A stretch of 64,000 nucleotides of DNA from Candidatus Pelagibacterales bacterium. Lineage in GTDB: Bacteria > Pseudomonadota > Alphaproteobacteria > Pelagibacterales > AG-422-B15. A program made the translations under genes and the position numbers. Under the pieces are notes generated by a model. That model saw nothing but the letters and a program-made list of their open reading frames with translations, ran no database searches and was not told the origin of the DNA. The stretch is from the NCBI GenBank assembly GCA_028412835.1, contig JAONQW010000003.1:21028-85027 (forward strand), given 5' to 3'. The number at the start of each line of letters is the position of its first letter. Position 1 is the stretch's first letter. Of the stretch, positions 52,314 through 61,676 are shown piece after piece.

Positions 52314-53269
52314 ATAAAATTGAGAAGTTTTTAAAAAGTAATCAGATGGAGGTCAAAAATTTAATCTCTATTAAAAATGATGCTTCATTTAGACAATATT
52401 TTAGAATAGATAATAAGATATTAATGGATGCTGATCCTGATTTAGGAGAAGATGTGAACGCCTTTATTAATATCAATAATTTATTACAGGACTTTCAATT
52501 AAATGTTCCAAAAATATATTCTACTGATAAAGAAAATGGTTTTCTTCTTTTAGAAGATCTTGGCAAAAACATTTTTTCAAGAATACTAGATAATAAAAAT
52601 GAGGAAGAGTTATATAAAAAAGCAATTGAAGTCTTAGCTGAAGTATATAAAAAAAATTTAAATGAATTTAGTCAAACTAGTCTCCTAGAGAACTATTCAA
52701 TAGAAAAATTATTAGAGGAAAGTCAATTATTCATAGAGTGGTATTTAAAAAAATTTTTAAATTTAAATATCTTACAAACTGATACAAATGATTTTACTGC
52801 AATAATTAGTAAAATTTTTCACTCCTTAGACCCTAAACTAGAAAAATTAGTCTTAAGAGATTATCATGTTGATAATTTAATTTATCAAAATTCTAAATTA
52901 GGTTTAAAAAAAGTTGGTATATTAGATTTTCAGGATGCGGTAATAGGACAATCTAGCTATGACTTAGCATCCATACTTGAAGATGTGAGAAGACCAATTA
53001 CAGAGAATTTAAAAAATAATTTGATAGATTATTTCCTAAATTTAACTGGCTATGACCTCACTCAATTAAAAAAAGAGCTAATTTTTTATTCTGTACAGAG
53101 AAATCTCAAAATTCTTGGAATTTTTTGCAGATTGAGCATAAGAGATAATAAGCCTAATTATATGCCATATAATGATAATGCATGGAAAAATATTAAATCT
53201 AATCTAAGTCACCCGATGATGGCTGACCTGAAGAACTGGTTCAAAAAAATATTACCAAATGAAAAATAA
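52298..53269 (+). CDS. Aminoglycoside-phosphotransferase-fold kinase, AmgK-like (anomeric MurNAc/GlcNAc kinase candidate)
   Basis: Has 'LRDYHVDNLIY' (HxDxxxxN) and 'ILDFQDA'. Sits in the tsaE-kinase-nucleotidyltransferase order seen in many alphaproteobacteria. GTG start overlaps tsaE. Confidence 0.6.
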   Translation: MVPRIDKIEKFLKSNQMEVKNLISIKNDASFRQYFRIDNKILMDADPDLGEDVNAFININNLLQDFQLNVPKIYSTDKENGFLLLEDLGKNIFSRILDNKNEEELYKKAIEVLAEVYKKNLNEFSQTSLLENYSIEKLLEESQLFIEWYLKKFLNLNILQTDTNDFTAIISKIFHSLDPKLEKLVLRDYHVDNLIYQNSKLGLKKVGILDFQDAVIGQSSYDLASILEDVRRPITENLKNNLIDYFLNLTGYDLTQLKKELIFYSVQRNLKILGIFCRLSIRDNKPNYMPYNDNAWKNIKSNLSHPMMADLKNWFKKILPNEK

Positions 53270-53963
53270 TAAAATAGATACAGCATTAATTTTAGCAGCA
53301 GGATTTGGCAAGAGGATGCTTCCATTAACTAGTAGTACCCCCAAACCTCTAATTAAAGTTAAAGGTAAACCATTAATAGATTATTGTATTAATAATTTAA
53401 AAAAAATAAAAATTAATAAAATTATTATTAATGTTCATTATGAATCAGAGCAAATAATAAATTATATTAATAAATTAGATCAAAAAATTATAATTTCAGA
53501 TGAAACAAAAAAGCTATTAGATACTGGAGGTGCGATAAAAAAAGCATTCAAAATAACAAAAGCTAAAAACATGATAATTATGAATAGTGACGTGCTATGG
53601 AATAGTCATTCAGCTAAGTCTATTCAATCTCTTATAGATAAATTTAATACCAAAAAAATGGACTCTTTATTACTTACAACAAGTATAGAAAATACTGCTG
53701 GTTATTATGGTTTAGGTGACTTTATAAAAAATAAAGATAATCAATTACAACGCTTTACTAAAAATATATCAACTAAGCCACTGGTGTATTGTGGTCTTCA
53801 AATTGTTAATAGAAGACAATTTGATGATTATCATGGTACTGTATTTTCAACGAATAAAGTTTGGGATCAAAATATAAAAAAAAATAGATTATATACCTCT
53901 GTTACTAGTAAAAAATTTAATCATGTTGGAACAAAAAAATCTGTTGTAGAGTTAAACAAATGA
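53259..53963 (+). CDS. Sugar-1-phosphate nucleotidyltransferase, MurU-like
   Basis: Has 'LAAGFGKRMLPLTSSTPKPLI', the G-x-G-x-R signature. Translationally overlaps the kinase gene. Confidence 0.65.
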   Translation: MKNNKIDTALILAAGFGKRMLPLTSSTPKPLIKVKGKPLIDYCINNLKKIKINKIIINVHYESEQIINYINKLDQKIIISDETKKLLDTGGAIKKAFKITKAKNMIIMNSDVLWNSHSAKSIQSLIDKFNTKKMDSLLLTTSIENTAGYYGLGDFIKNKDNQLQRFTKNISTKPLVYCGLQIVNRRQFDDYHGTVFSTNKVWDQNIKKNRLYTSVTSKKFNHVGTKKSVVELNK

Positions 53964-54565
53964 ATCATATTAAAAAATTTATATGTATAATAATACTTAT
54001 ACTACCAATCACAACTTATGCTGAATCTAACTTAGCTAACTTTATAATTCGTAATCATGAAGTAAATCAAGCACCAACAGTTGGAAACATTAATGCTAAA
54101 TATACAATTGTAGAGTTTTTTGATTATCGATGTGGTTATTGTGCAAAGCAAGCAGCTGATTATGCAAATATATTAAAATCAAGGAGTGATGTAAGAATTG
54201 TTTATTTAGAATTTCCTATATTTGGAGGCATTTCAGATACTGCAGCAAACATAGCCTTAAAAGTTTGGAACGATAATCCAGAACTATATTTCAGTATACA
54301 TAATGGACTAATGACACTGGGTTCTTCAATGAACAAGGAAAATATAATTGAATTGCTTAATAAGAATAGTCTTCAAGGTAGTAAGCTCTATAATTTTGCT
54401 GAAACCCAGCCACATGATAAAATTATTCAAATAAATAAACAATTAGCCAAAGAACTTGGATTAAGAGGAACACCTGCATCAATAATCAATGACACAATGA
54501 TTCCAGGTTATGTGAAAGAAGAAAAGGTCATTGAGTTAATTGATGAGATAAATACGCCAAGTTAG
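53960..54565 (+). CDS. Periplasmic DsbA-family thiol:disulfide oxidoreductase
   Basis: Signal-like N-terminus, 'FFDYRCGYCAKQ' (a CxxC in thioredoxin context) and 'GTPASIIND'. Confidence 0.75.
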   Translation: MNHIKKFICIIILILPITTYAESNLANFIIRNHEVNQAPTVGNINAKYTIVEFFDYRCGYCAKQAADYANILKSRSDVRIVYLEFPIFGGISDTAANIALKVWNDNPELYFSIHNGLMTLGSSMNKENIIELLNKNSLQGSKLYNFAETQPHDKIIQINKQLAKELGLRGTPASIINDTMIPGYVKEEKVIELIDEINTPS

Positions 54566-54615
54566 GCCATTTCTCATCTCTTGAAAAAGTAGTAAATAAT
54601 TATTATCTTCATATT

Positions 54616-54939
54616 ATGGATAAAGCAAAATTTGAAATCGGCCAAATAGTCAAACATAGATACTTCGACTTTAGGGGTGTAATTTTTGATGTTGATCCAG
54701 AATTTGATAATACAGAAGAATGGTATCAGTCTATACCAGTACAGGTTCGACCAAAAAAAGATCAACCTTTTTATCACTTACTAGCAGAGTCACCTAGCCA
54801 ACCTTCTTATATTGCGTATGTATCACAACAGAATTTATTGAAAGAAGAAATTCCTGAACCTATTACTCATCCACTGGTAGAAGAAATTTTTACTGGTATA
54901 GAAGATGGCAAATATATCTCAAGAGCTAAAAGCAATTAA
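54616..54939 (+). CDS. hspQ: HspQ / YccV-like hemimethylated-DNA-binding domain protein
   Basis: Has 'KFEIGQIVKHRYFDFRGVIFDVDPEF' and 'QPFYHLL'. Confidence 0.8.
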   Translation: MDKAKFEIGQIVKHRYFDFRGVIFDVDPEFDNTEEWYQSIPVQVRPKKDQPFYHLLAESPSQPSYIAYVSQQNLLKEEIPEPITHPLVEEIFTGIEDGKYISRAKSN

Positions 54940-54944
54940 TTAAT

Positions 54945-55484
54945 GTGAAGAGTTTAGCCAAACCTTTTATTGATTATGGTCCTATAGTAGTTTTCTTTTT
55001 TTTCTTTTTTAAAACAGGAGAAATACAAGGTGCAATTATTCCATTAATGGTTGCAAGTGTTTTGGCAATGATACTTTCATATGTAGTAGAAAAAAAAATT
55101 CCTCCAATGCTTTTATTTAGTTCAATTTTAATTCTAATATTTGGTTTTTTAACTATCTATTTTGATAATCCAATCTTTATTAAATTTAAAGTAACTCTAG
55201 TTAACTTAATTTTTGCATCGATATTATTAATAGGTCTTTATTTTAAAAAGCCACTAATTAAAAATCTTATGGGCACATCATTAAATTTGAATGAGCCTGC
55301 TTGGCATAAATTAACATTCAGATGGGCTTTATATTTTTTATTTTTAGCAATTTGTAATGAGTTTGTTTATAGAAATTTTTCTGATGTAGTTTGGGTGAAT
55401 TTTAAGTTATTTGGTATTATGGGCTTATCAATACTATTTATCTTATCACAAGTTATGTTTATTCAAAAAAATATGCAGGAATAA
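54945..55484 (+). CDS. yciB: Intracellular septation protein A (YciB/IspZ family)
   Basis: 179 aa with five hydrophobic segments and an N-terminal 'FIDYGPIVVFFFFF' pattern typical of YciB. GTG start. Confidence 0.7.
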   Translation: MKSLAKPFIDYGPIVVFFFFFFKTGEIQGAIIPLMVASVLAMILSYVVEKKIPPMLLFSSILILIFGFLTIYFDNPIFIKFKVTLVNLIFASILLIGLYFKKPLIKNLMGTSLNLNEPAWHKLTFRWALYFLFLAICNEFVYRNFSDVVWVNFKLFGIMGLSILFILSQVMFIQKNMQE

Positions 55485-55489
55485 AATTT

Positions 55490-56320
55490 TTAAAAAGGCT
55501 GATCACCTACGATCGCAATTCTATCCATTATACGCTCATGTCCAAGCCCTCTTCCTGGATAAAAATCGGCTATAGCGTAATGTTGAGTGCATCTATTATC
55601 TAATATTGCTACGGCATTTTCTGTCCATTTAAAGCGACACGATAAATCAAGTTTTTCTTGATGTCTAAATATCCTTTCAAGCAACACATCACTTTCCTTA
55701 ATGGGTAAACCAATAATTTTTTTTGTATATGTTGGGTTTACATATAAAATTTTATTTCCAGTTTCTGGATGCGTTCTAACAATTGGATGTTCATTTGAAT
55801 ATTTTTCACCAATATTTCCATTGCTTTCCATCTCAGAAAAATCTTCTACAAAAAATTTTGACCCATTTGATGTATGTAAGGCATTTTTATTTTCAATAAT
55901 AGATTTTATATCCTTATCTAATGTTTCCCAGGCAAGCTCCATATTTGAAAATACGGTATCTCCACCAACAGGTGGGATTTTGATTGATCTAAGAATAATA
56001 GTTTTACACGGCTTTACATCATAACTTACATCGCTATGCCATCCTTCACCCCATTGATTTTTTTCGTTAGCAGCTTTTACAATTCTTGTTATTTGAGGAA
56101 AGTCATCTAATCCTTTTACATATGCATGTTCCTCCACTGGACCAAACAGCGATCCAAGAGACATTAACTCTTCAGAACTAATATTCTGATCTCTAAAAAA
56201 AATTACCTTATGCTCTAAAAGTAGAGAATTTAATTCTTCAAAATTATTTTGAGTAATTGCATTTAGTTTAAAGTTTAAAATTTCTGCTCCTAGGGCTCCA
56301 GATAAAATATTTATTTGCAT
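55490..56320 (-). CDS. TauD/TfdA-family Fe(II)/2-oxoglutarate dioxygenase (taurine/alkylsulfate dioxygenase-like)
   Basis: Has 'GWHSDVSY' (HxD), 'GGDTVFSN' and the distal 'TQHYAIADF'. 276 aa. Confidence 0.8.
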   Translation of the reverse strand: MQINILSGALGAEILNFKLNAITQNNFEELNSLLLEHKVIFFRDQNISSEELMSLGSLFGPVEEHAYVKGLDDFPQITRIVKAANEKNQWGEGWHSDVSYDVKPCKTIILRSIKIPPVGGDTVFSNMELAWETLDKDIKSIIENKNALHTSNGSKFFVEDFSEMESNGNIGEKYSNEHPIVRTHPETGNKILYVNPTYTKKIIGLPIKESDVLLERIFRHQEKLDLSCRFKWTENAVAILDNRCTQHYAIADFYPGRGLGHERIMDRIAIVGDQPF

Positions 56321-56378
56321 ATGGAAAATTTAAATATTTAAATTAATTTGTCACTTATTATTATTATATTAATAAAAA

Positions 56379-57248
56379 TTAAGCCTCTTCCTCATTTTTA
56401 AATTGATCAATTATTTTATAGGATACAAAGCTTAGAACTATTAAGCCACCTAGCATTTCTGTCTGCCCAGGTATTTCACCTACACCTAGAAAAGCCCAGA
56501 TTGGTGCAAGCACAGGCTCCATAAGTAGGAACAGAGCAGCACGATGCGGTGGAATGTATCGTGAGCCAATAGTAATTAACATAAAACCGATACCTACTTG
56601 AAATGCTCCCATGAAAAGACACAATAATAAATCATGAGTAGAAATATCTAAATTAGCCATAAATATAAATCCAATTAATGAGGAAAATACTCCACCCAAA
56701 AAAGTAGCAGGCATAAAATCAATATGTGAATTATAATTTAGGAGTGTTAATTGAAACGCAAACCCAATAGGAACTCCAAGTATAATAATATTTCCTATAT
56801 AATTACTGGATTCCATTCCTCCTGAGAACATTATTGTAATACCAAACATTGAGCCTGCAATCGCAATGAATGTTTTCTTTCCTATTTTACGTTTTAAAAA
56901 AAAATAAGAACAAATTGCTGCAAATAGTGGTCCAGTACTCATAATAAAAACAGCATTTGATACTGTAGTTGTGCTCATACCCCAAACAAAGCATGTATTA
57001 CTAAAGCCCAGAATTAATGCTATTAGAATACCACTATGCCCAATTTTTTTGAAAGCATGAGGAGTGTCTTTTTTATATTTAATAAGGATATATAAAAGTA
57101 TAGCAAGACTGAATGTAATTGATCTGTATCCTGTTATTTGCCACGCCGAGGAAGACTCCATGAATCTTATAATTACTCCACCAAAACTTAGAAATACTCC
57201 TGCAAATATTAATGCAAGCGCACCTAGTGTTTCATTATTATATTTCAT
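56379..57248 (-). CDS. DMT-superfamily (EamA-like) transporter
   Basis: 289 aa with 10 hydrophobic segments arranged as two EamA-like repeats. Confidence 0.8.
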   Translation of the reverse strand: MKYNNETLGALALIFAGVFLSFGGVIIRFMESSSAWQITGYRSITFSLAILLYILIKYKKDTPHAFKKIGHSGILIALILGFSNTCFVWGMSTTTVSNAVFIMSTGPLFAAICSYFFLKRKIGKKTFIAIAGSMFGITIMFSGGMESSNYIGNIIILGVPIGFAFQLTLLNYNSHIDFMPATFLGGVFSSLIGFIFMANLDISTHDLLLCLFMGAFQVGIGFMLITIGSRYIPPHRAALFLLMEPVLAPIWAFLGVGEIPGQTEMLGGLIVLSFVSYKIIDQFKNEEEA

Positions 57249-57332
57249 TTAAATTACAATTATTGTAGCCTTAAGATCTATTAAAACTTGGCTTTAGTAA
57301 ATATAAATTAATAGACGGAAAATATTAAAAGT

Positions 57333-59048
57333 ATGAACAAACTACTATTGATTATAATCTTTATATTTTCAGCCATATCTTGTAGTGAGCAAGAAAAACC
57401 AATTTCAGAAAACTTTAAAGAAAGAGGGCTAAGCAGTCTTCATGCAAAAGAGTTTAAAAAAGACATCATAAGAATCGAAGAGAATATATATGTAGCAATT
57501 GGATATGCACTTGCAAATGTAATTATGATAGTTGGTGAAAATGAGAATGTTATTGTAGATACAACTGGAAGTGAAGAAGCTGCAAGTATAATAAAAGAAA
57601 AATTAGATAAGATTTCATCAAACCCAGTTAACAATATTATTTATACGCATAATCATCCTGATCATATTGGTGGAGCAACTATTTTTGCAAATACTTTAGA
57701 TGCGAATATTTATGGTCAAGAAAATATTCTTTATAATATTGATAATATTTCAACTATCATAAGACCAATAATATACGAGCGATCTGCTCGGCAATTTGGA
57801 ATTCCATTAAATAAAGAAGATATTGTTCATCAAGGCATTGGAGGTTTTTTAGAAATCAATGCAGAAACGACTACTGGTCTACTTCGTCCCAATATAACTT
57901 TTGATAAGGAGTTGAGCCTTAATATAGATAATATCTCTATAGAATTAGCTCATGTACCAGGAGAAACTGATGACCATTTATATGTATATCTACCTGATCA
58001 GGAAGCTGTAATGGTCGGTGATAATTTTTATAGATCATTTGCAAATTTATACGCAATAAGAGGAACTAAATATAGAAATCCAATGGAGTGGGTTTATAGC
58101 TTAGATAAAATTAGGTCATTAAATGCTAAATATTTAGTACCAAGTCACAGTCGACCTGTAATAGGAAAAGATAATGTCTATGATGCTCTTACTGATTATA
58201 GAGATGCCATACAGTTTGTTCACGATCAGACTGTCAGGTATATTAATAAAGGACTTTTACCAGACGAAATAGTAGCAAGAATTAATCTGCCACCACACCT
58301 AAGATCATCGCCATACCTACAAGAATTTTATGGCTCAGTCAGTTCATATGTGAGATCTATTTTTGCCGGATATATTGGCTGGTTCAATGGAAACATCACC
58401 AGCCTGCATCCGCTAAGTGCTGAAGATAAAGCGGAAAAAATGATCGAGCTAGCAAGCAAAAAAACTGATTTACACGAGGCTGCCAAACTTGCATTAGAGA
58501 ATGGAGAGTATCAGTGGGCTATGGAATTAACAGATTCATTAATTGCTTTTAATGGTAAAGATCAAAAAGCCAGAGATATTAAGGCTGTCGCTGCAGAGAA
58601 ATTTGCTTTAACGCAAACTGCTTCGAATGATTACTATTTTTATAAAACAGTAGCTGGTGAGTTGAGAGGTGACTATGAAGTTTATTTTAAAGATATAAAA
58701 GTATCTGCTCAACAATTAAAAGCCATTCCCATGAAATCAATTATGAAATCACTACCAGTAAATCTTAATGCTGAAAAGACACTAGATATAAATAAAAAAG
58801 TTATGTTTAAGTTCTCCGACACAGAAGATATTTTCATCTTAAATATTCGTCGCGGTATTGTTGAGTTAGGTTACAATGAAATTAGTGATGCAGATTTAGT
58901 TGTTTTATCTAATCAGCATGAGATAAAAGAAATACTAGCAGGTTTAAAAAATATAGCACAAATCTCTTTAGCCTTAACAGATGGTTCAATTTCAATTGAA
59001 GGGGGACGCCTCGAATTTTTAAAAACTTTAGGCTACTTTACAGATTAA
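57333..59048 (+). CDS. Alkyl/aryl-sulfatase of the metallo-beta-lactamase fold (SdsA1/Bds1/YjcS-like), probable lipoprotein
   Basis: Lipobox-like 'FSAISC' after a hydrophobic leader, MBL motif 'THNHPDHIGG', and a long helical middle region plus a C-terminal SCP2-like tail as in alkyl sulfatases. Confidence 0.8.
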   Translation: MNKLLLIIIFIFSAISCSEQEKPISENFKERGLSSLHAKEFKKDIIRIEENIYVAIGYALANVIMIVGENENVIVDTTGSEEAASIIKEKLDKISSNPVNNIIYTHNHPDHIGGATIFANTLDANIYGQENILYNIDNISTIIRPIIYERSARQFGIPLNKEDIVHQGIGGFLEINAETTTGLLRPNITFDKELSLNIDNISIELAHVPGETDDHLYVYLPDQEAVMVGDNFYRSFANLYAIRGTKYRNPMEWVYSLDKIRSLNAKYLVPSHSRPVIGKDNVYDALTDYRDAIQFVHDQTVRYINKGLLPDEIVARINLPPHLRSSPYLQEFYGSVSSYVRSIFAGYIGWFNGNITSLHPLSAEDKAEKMIELASKKTDLHEAAKLALENGEYQWAMELTDSLIAFNGKDQKARDIKAVAAEKFALTQTASNDYYFYKTVAGELRGDYEVYFKDIKVSAQQLKAIPMKSIMKSLPVNLNAEKTLDINKKVMFKFSDTEDIFILNIRRGIVELGYNEISDADLVVLSNQHEIKEILAGLKNIAQISLALTDGSISIEGGRLEFLKTLGYFTD

Positions 59049-59052
59049 GTTT

Positions 59053-59502
59053 ATGGGACAAAGGGCATTTTTAATTCTAGGTTCTTTGGGTTTAATTCCT
59101 TTCATTGCTATATTTTCTGCATACTTTATTTCACCACCTGAAGAAAAAGTTTATGAATTTCTTATTTATGTATTTGTAGCTTACGCAGCAATAATTGCTT
59201 CATTTCTTGGAGGTATTCAATGGGGTATGATTATATCAAGAGCTGATTTATTATTTAATATTGGATTTCCACTAACTTTATCAGTTGTGCCAGCACTTAT
59301 AGCATGGAGTGCATTATTAGTACTTCATTCATTAATCTTATCTTTAACACTTATTATAACTTCCTTTATATTTGCAACGGTAAATGATTTTTATCTATAC
59401 AATAAAAAGGCAACTCCATATTGGTTTTTAAATATGCGCGTCCCTTTATCAGCTATTGTAGTTATTCTAACTTTTATCCTTTTAATTCAGCAACTGAATT
59501 AA
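59053..59502 (+). CDS. DUF3429-like small membrane protein
   Basis: 149 aa with 4-5 TM segments and a 'LGGIQWG' motif. Starts 4 nt after the sulfatase stop. Confidence 0.5.
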   Translation: MGQRAFLILGSLGLIPFIAIFSAYFISPPEEKVYEFLIYVFVAYAAIIASFLGGIQWGMIISRADLLFNIGFPLTLSVVPALIAWSALLVLHSLILSLTLIITSFIFATVNDFYLYNKKATPYWFLNMRVPLSAIVVILTFILLIQQLN

Positions 59503-60722
59503 AAATAAAGTCTTTGAATAAACCAATAAAAACCCATACTTGAAACAAGAACCATCGAATATTTTAATAAATATTCATAATTTTCAGAATTTAAAACTTT
59601 TAAACAAAATGAAGATAGTCCTATCAAAACCAATAGAAGAATAATTTGTCCTATCTCAACACCAATATTAAAACCAAACAAGGCACTTAATATATTTGAT
59701 TGATTAAATTCAGAATTAAATAAAAATACTCCAAAACCAAAACCGTGAATTAATCCAAATAAACTAGTAATAATTATTCTAAAGATACCATAATTTTTAA
59801 TAGATTTAATTATTCCAAAATATCCGATTGTTATGAGTATTAATGCAAAACTCGTTATTAATGAAATAGGTATATCTAAAACTAAAGAACTCAAACCTAT
59901 TAAAACTAATATAGAAACTAAGACACTTACAATTCTATTTGATAACTTTGAGTCTTTGATCATATATTCTGCTGCTATAAAAATAATAGTAAAACCAATA
60001 AGTGCCTCAATCATCAATGTATTTGGCATAACAATATCTAAAGCAACCAGTGCAAGTGTGATACTGTGCCCAACGGTAAAACCAGTAATTACTAGGAGTA
60101 GGTGTTTAAAATTGTTAACAAGAATAAATAAACCAATCAGAAATATAAGATGATCTAGGCCAGTTAAGATATGAATGATGCCAGAATAAATAAAGTTGCT
60201 TAAACTGGAGAAAAAACTCTTTTCCTCGTCTTGGTCTATGTTATCTAATAATATAGTTTGATCATTATAGAATAATGCTTTTTCAAAAATCTTATTATCT
60301 TTTTTAATGCGACTTAAATGGACATGACTCTGTGCTATATCAAAGAGAACATTATTAATTATCTTAATTGAATCAGTTGCATCACATAAATACGTAAATT
60401 CAATCGTATGATATTCTTTTTTACCATCAACTAATGTTGCTTGTTCTTTAAGCGTACATTGATTGCCTGAATTTAATACAAATATTCTTGACTTAAAATA
60501 TTCTAAAAAGACCTCACCTTCTGATAACTCTTTTTCTTTACCTAGTTCTTGAAAGCTATCTATTTGAAGAACGCGTGTTGCCTCAAGTTTTAAAATAGTA
60601 AAAGTTGCCGAAACTTTGTTATCAATAATGCTCCAATTTGAGTAAGACTCACTAAAATAATGAGCATGACTAGCTTTAGTAAATGAAAATAATACAAGAA
60701 GTAAGAAAAAAAACTTTCTCAT
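59499..60722 (-). CDS. HupE/UreJ-like (HupE_UreJ_2 type) permease fused to an N-terminal secreted domain
   Basis: Signal peptide 'MRKFFFLLLVLFSFTKASHA', a soluble domain of about 150 aa, then a polytopic domain with 'HILTGLDHLIFLIGL' and 'GLIHGFGFG', which resemble HupE/UreJ metal-permease motifs. Confidence 0.55.
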   Translation of the reverse strand: MRKFFFLLLVLFSFTKASHAHYFSESYSNWSIIDNKVSATFTILKLEATRVLQIDSFQELGKEKELSEGEVFLEYFKSRIFVLNSGNQCTLKEQATLVDGKKEYHTIEFTYLCDATDSIKIINNVLFDIAQSHVHLSRIKKDNKIFEKALFYNDQTILLDNIDQDEEKSFFSSLSNFIYSGIIHILTGLDHLIFLIGLFILVNNFKHLLLVITGFTVGHSITLALVALDIVMPNTLMIEALIGFTIIFIAAEYMIKDSKLSNRIVSVLVSILVLIGLSSLVLDIPISLITSFALILITIGYFGIIKSIKNYGIFRIIITSLFGLIHGFGFGVFLFNSEFNQSNILSALFGFNIGVEIGQIILLLVLIGLSSFCLKVLNSENYEYLLKYSMVLVSSMGFYWFIQRLYF

Positions 60723-61618
60723 TTTAAGTCAAACTTAGATATTGATGCTCTAGATTTTAAAAATTCTATATACTCAATAAAAGACTGGTCATCTTGGTAA
60801 TTGTTATAATCAAATAATACTTGTTCTTTAAAATCATTAAAATTTGTTTCATTAACTTGAGTTTGACTTAACTCATCTATTTTAAAAATGTAAAATCCAT
60901 TATTATAAAAGATTGTTTCACTGATAGAGCCAAGTGCCATATCTTTAATATTATTACAATTACTTGGACCTAAATATTGAACACAGTCTTTATATTTCAT
61001 AAATTTGTTAGGTATTGGTAAGAATTGAGTATCAGAAAACCTTTGCTTTGCTTCTTTAAATCCATTTGTTCTAATAAGGTTTTGAATTTTATCTAATTTA
61101 TCTTGATGAAGTTCAAAATCATAATCACTACCTAGCATTGCTGAATTTTGACTTTGAGACTTAATAAAAATACTATCAATTTTAAATTCAGCTTCAGACT
61201 TGTATTTACCAATATTATCTTTGAAATATTTTTGTAGTATTTCATTGGATGGAGTTGAGTTATCTAGTTGTAAAATAAATTCTATTATTTGTTCTATTAA
61301 TACTTTTCTTACTTGAACGTCTTGATGGTGCAATTTTAATTCAATTGCTCTTTGTACAAGCAACTCTTCTTCAATCATTCTTTCTAAAACTAAATTAATT
61401 AGTTCCTGATCTTCCTCAGCTTTAAAGTCAGCTCCTAATGAAACAGCATATTTTAAAAATTGATCTTCATTAATGTATTGATCATTTACTTTTGCTATAG
61501 CTCTATTTTTAGAAAAAGTTTTTTGATTTTGATTATAAAATATATCAATACTTAAGATTAATAAGCCAATTATTAATGAGCTTATGAAGAGATATAAATT
61601 GTTATTTTTAATCATCAA
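60719..61618 (-). CDS. Membrane-anchored SurA/PpiD-like chaperone with a degenerate parvulin-like domain
   Basis: N-terminal TM anchor, a SurA-N-like helical region ('VLERMIEEELLVQRAIEL') and a C-terminal parvulin-shaped segment that lacks the usual His residues ('SIFIKS', 'GFYIFKIDE'). ATGA-coupled to the downstream permease gene. Confidence 0.45.
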   Translation of the reverse strand: MMIKNNNLYLFISSLIIGLLILSIDIFYNQNQKTFSKNRAIAKVNDQYINEDQFLKYAVSLGADFKAEEDQELINLVLERMIEEELLVQRAIELKLHHQDVQVRKVLIEQIIEFILQLDNSTPSNEILQKYFKDNIGKYKSEAEFKIDSIFIKSQSQNSAMLGSDYDFELHQDKLDKIQNLIRTNGFKEAKQRFSDTQFLPIPNKFMKYKDCVQYLGPSNCNNIKDMALGSISETIFYNNGFYIFKIDELSQTQVNETNFNDFKEQVLFDYNNYQDDQSFIEYIEFLKSRASISKFDLK

Positions 61619-61676
61619 TTTTATTTACAAATTAAACACTTAATATACATTAATCTTAGTAATAAATTAGGATTTC

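Noticed and set aside
55701-60153. Antisense ORFs 55701-56024 (+), 57064-57252 (+), 57440-57634 (-) and 59833-60153 (+).
   Set aside because: Each lies wholly inside a better-supported gene on the other strand and has no motifs or translation signals.
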